Positions 16,627-17,687 of a stretch of 17,687 nucleotides of DNA are shown here, piece after piece. This DNA is from Myxococcota bacterium (GTDB taxonomy: Bacteria > Myxococcota > UBA4151), in assembly GCA_036338695.1 (NCBI GenBank), contig JAYZBQ010000046.1:1-17687 (forward strand). The letters run 5' to 3'. The translations under genes and the position numbers were made by a program. The notes under the pieces were generated by a model. The model saw only the letters and a list, made by a program, of their open reading frames with translations, was not told the DNA's origin and did not search any database. The first letter of the stretch is position 1. The number at the start of each line of letters is the position of its first letter.

Positions 16627-17687
16627 ATGAAGCTCAGATTTAGCCTTTTCGCCATGGCGCTCATGGCGCTCGCAAGCTGCACCCAAGAAGCGGCGGTCAC
16701 CGACCCCGGCGGCTGCACCACGGACAACGACTGCGCAAGACCGCTCAGCTGCTTGGTTGGGCAGTGCCGCACCAAGGTCTGCGACCCCGGCGCGCTGCGC
16801 TGCAACGACAGCGACCTCGAGGCGTGCACCGCTGACGGGCAGGGCTTTGCGTTTAATCGCGCCTGCGCCGCCGGCTGCGACGCCGAGAACAGCCGCTGCC
16901 GCGAAGCCATCTGCGCCGCCTTTGCGACGCGCTGCTTTGAGGGCAACAAGGAGCGCTGCGTCGCCGGTGGCGGCGGCTGGGTGCTCGAGGAGGAGTGCGA
17001 CGAGGGCTGCGTCGAGGGCACCTGCGTGGCGCCGGGTGACCGGATCTGCTCCGAAGGACAGACCCGCTGCGTCGACGGCAGCGTGCAGACCTGCAACACG
17101 GTCGGCAGCGGCTGGGTCCACACCGAGAGCTGCGCCTTTGGCTGCGCTGCGGGCGCTTGTGCCCAAGCACCCTGCCCAGAAGGTCAGATGCGCTGCGTGG
17201 CGGATACGCTTGAGATCTGTGGCTCGAGCGGCTGGCGCTACGGGCGCACCTGCGACTACGGCTGCCGGGAGGGTCAGTGCCTGGAGTCGGTCTGCGAGCG
17301 CGGCGCGCTGCGCTGCCGCGGAGACGACGTCGAGGCTTGCGCACCTGATCAGCGCTCCTGGCTGTACCGTCAGTCCTGCGAGAGCAGCTGCGACGAGGGC
17401 GCTTGCGTCGGCGGCGGCGGAGGCTGCCGTGAAGGCCAGCGCCGCTGCAACGGCGACATGCTCGAGACCTGCAACAACTCGGCGACTTGGGAGACCGAGC
17501 GCCAATGCGACGAGGGCTGCCGCGCCGGCAGCTGCACCGTGTGCCGACCGGGCGCCCGCAACTGCGACGGCTTGCAGCCCCAGGTCTGCTCGGACAACGG
17601 CGCCGGCTTTGCCAACCAAGGCGACGTCTGCCAGACCAGCTGCGTCGAGGGGCGCTGCGGTGTCTGCGAGCCGGGCGAGCGGCGCTG
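16627..17687 (+). CDS. Cysteine-rich tandem-repeat lipoprotein (runs off the window end; absent from the ORF track)
   Basis: GGAG at 16614-16617, ATG 16627: MKLRFSLFAMALMALASC (lipobox LASC), a CTTDNDC...C...C module, then seven complete six-Cys repeats and the start of an eighth; no stop codon before 17687. Confidence 0.9.
   Translation, partial: MKLRFSLFAMALMALASCTQEAAVTDPGGCTTDNDCARPLSCLVGQCRTKVCDPGALRCNDSDLEACTADGQGFAFNRACAAGCDAENSRCREAICAAFATRCFEGNKERCVAGGGGWVLEEECDEGCVEGTCVAPGDRICSEGQTRCVDGSVQTCNTVGSGWVHTESCAFGCAAGACAQAPCPEGQMRCVADTLEICGSSGWRYGRTCDYGCREGQCLESVCERGALRCRGDDVEACAPDQRSWLYRQSCESSCDEGACVGGGGGCREGQRRCNGDMLETCNNSATWETERQCDEGCRAGSCTVCRPGARNCDGLQPQVCSDNGAGFANQGDVCQTSCVEGRCGVCEPGERR

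Noticed and set aside
16573..17619. 348-aa Ala-rich minus-strand ORF from the ORF track
   Set aside because: It is the antisense shadow of the plus-strand Cys-repeat lipoprotein (TGC codons read as GCA), which has an RBS, lipobox and regular repeats.
16780..17687. Multiheme cytochrome or metal-cluster protein reading of the Cys repeats
   Set aside because: No CxxCH or ferredoxin-type spacing; six Cys per unit in an exported lipoprotein points to disulfides.

Overview
High-GC bacterial chromosomal segment. Its gene style (lipoproteins with Asp/Ala/Gly-rich linkers, Cys-rich repeats, a sigma54 promoter) suggests Myxococcota or a related deltaproteobacterium; that assignment is inference. Left part: 3' end of a lower-GC unknown gene next to an initiator tRNA-fMet, an M60-family metallopeptidase lipoprotein with an EGF-like module and strong resemblance to animal TCAF/FAM115 proteins, a hypothetical gene, a DUF3152 metzincin-motif protein, rimI and a TonB-dependent receptor with a sigma54-type promoter. 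Middle: tRNA-Ile2(CAU), a C4 zinc-ribbon coiled-coil protein and RNase P RNA (rnpB), converging on a minus-strand run leuS-lptE-holA-rpsT-yqeY-dnaG with no rpsU or rpoD. Right part: an RCC1-repeat lipoprotein divergent from a truncated six-cysteine-repeat lipoprotein that the ORF track missed. The window is mostly housekeeping and I see no clear novel multi-gene system. The best leads are the TCAF-like peptidase, an atypical RNase P RNA (23-bp terminal helix, non-canonical P15/L15), housekeeping promoters that all lack the -7 T, the rearranged dnaG/rnpB neighbourhood, and a possible island edge at tRNA-fMet.
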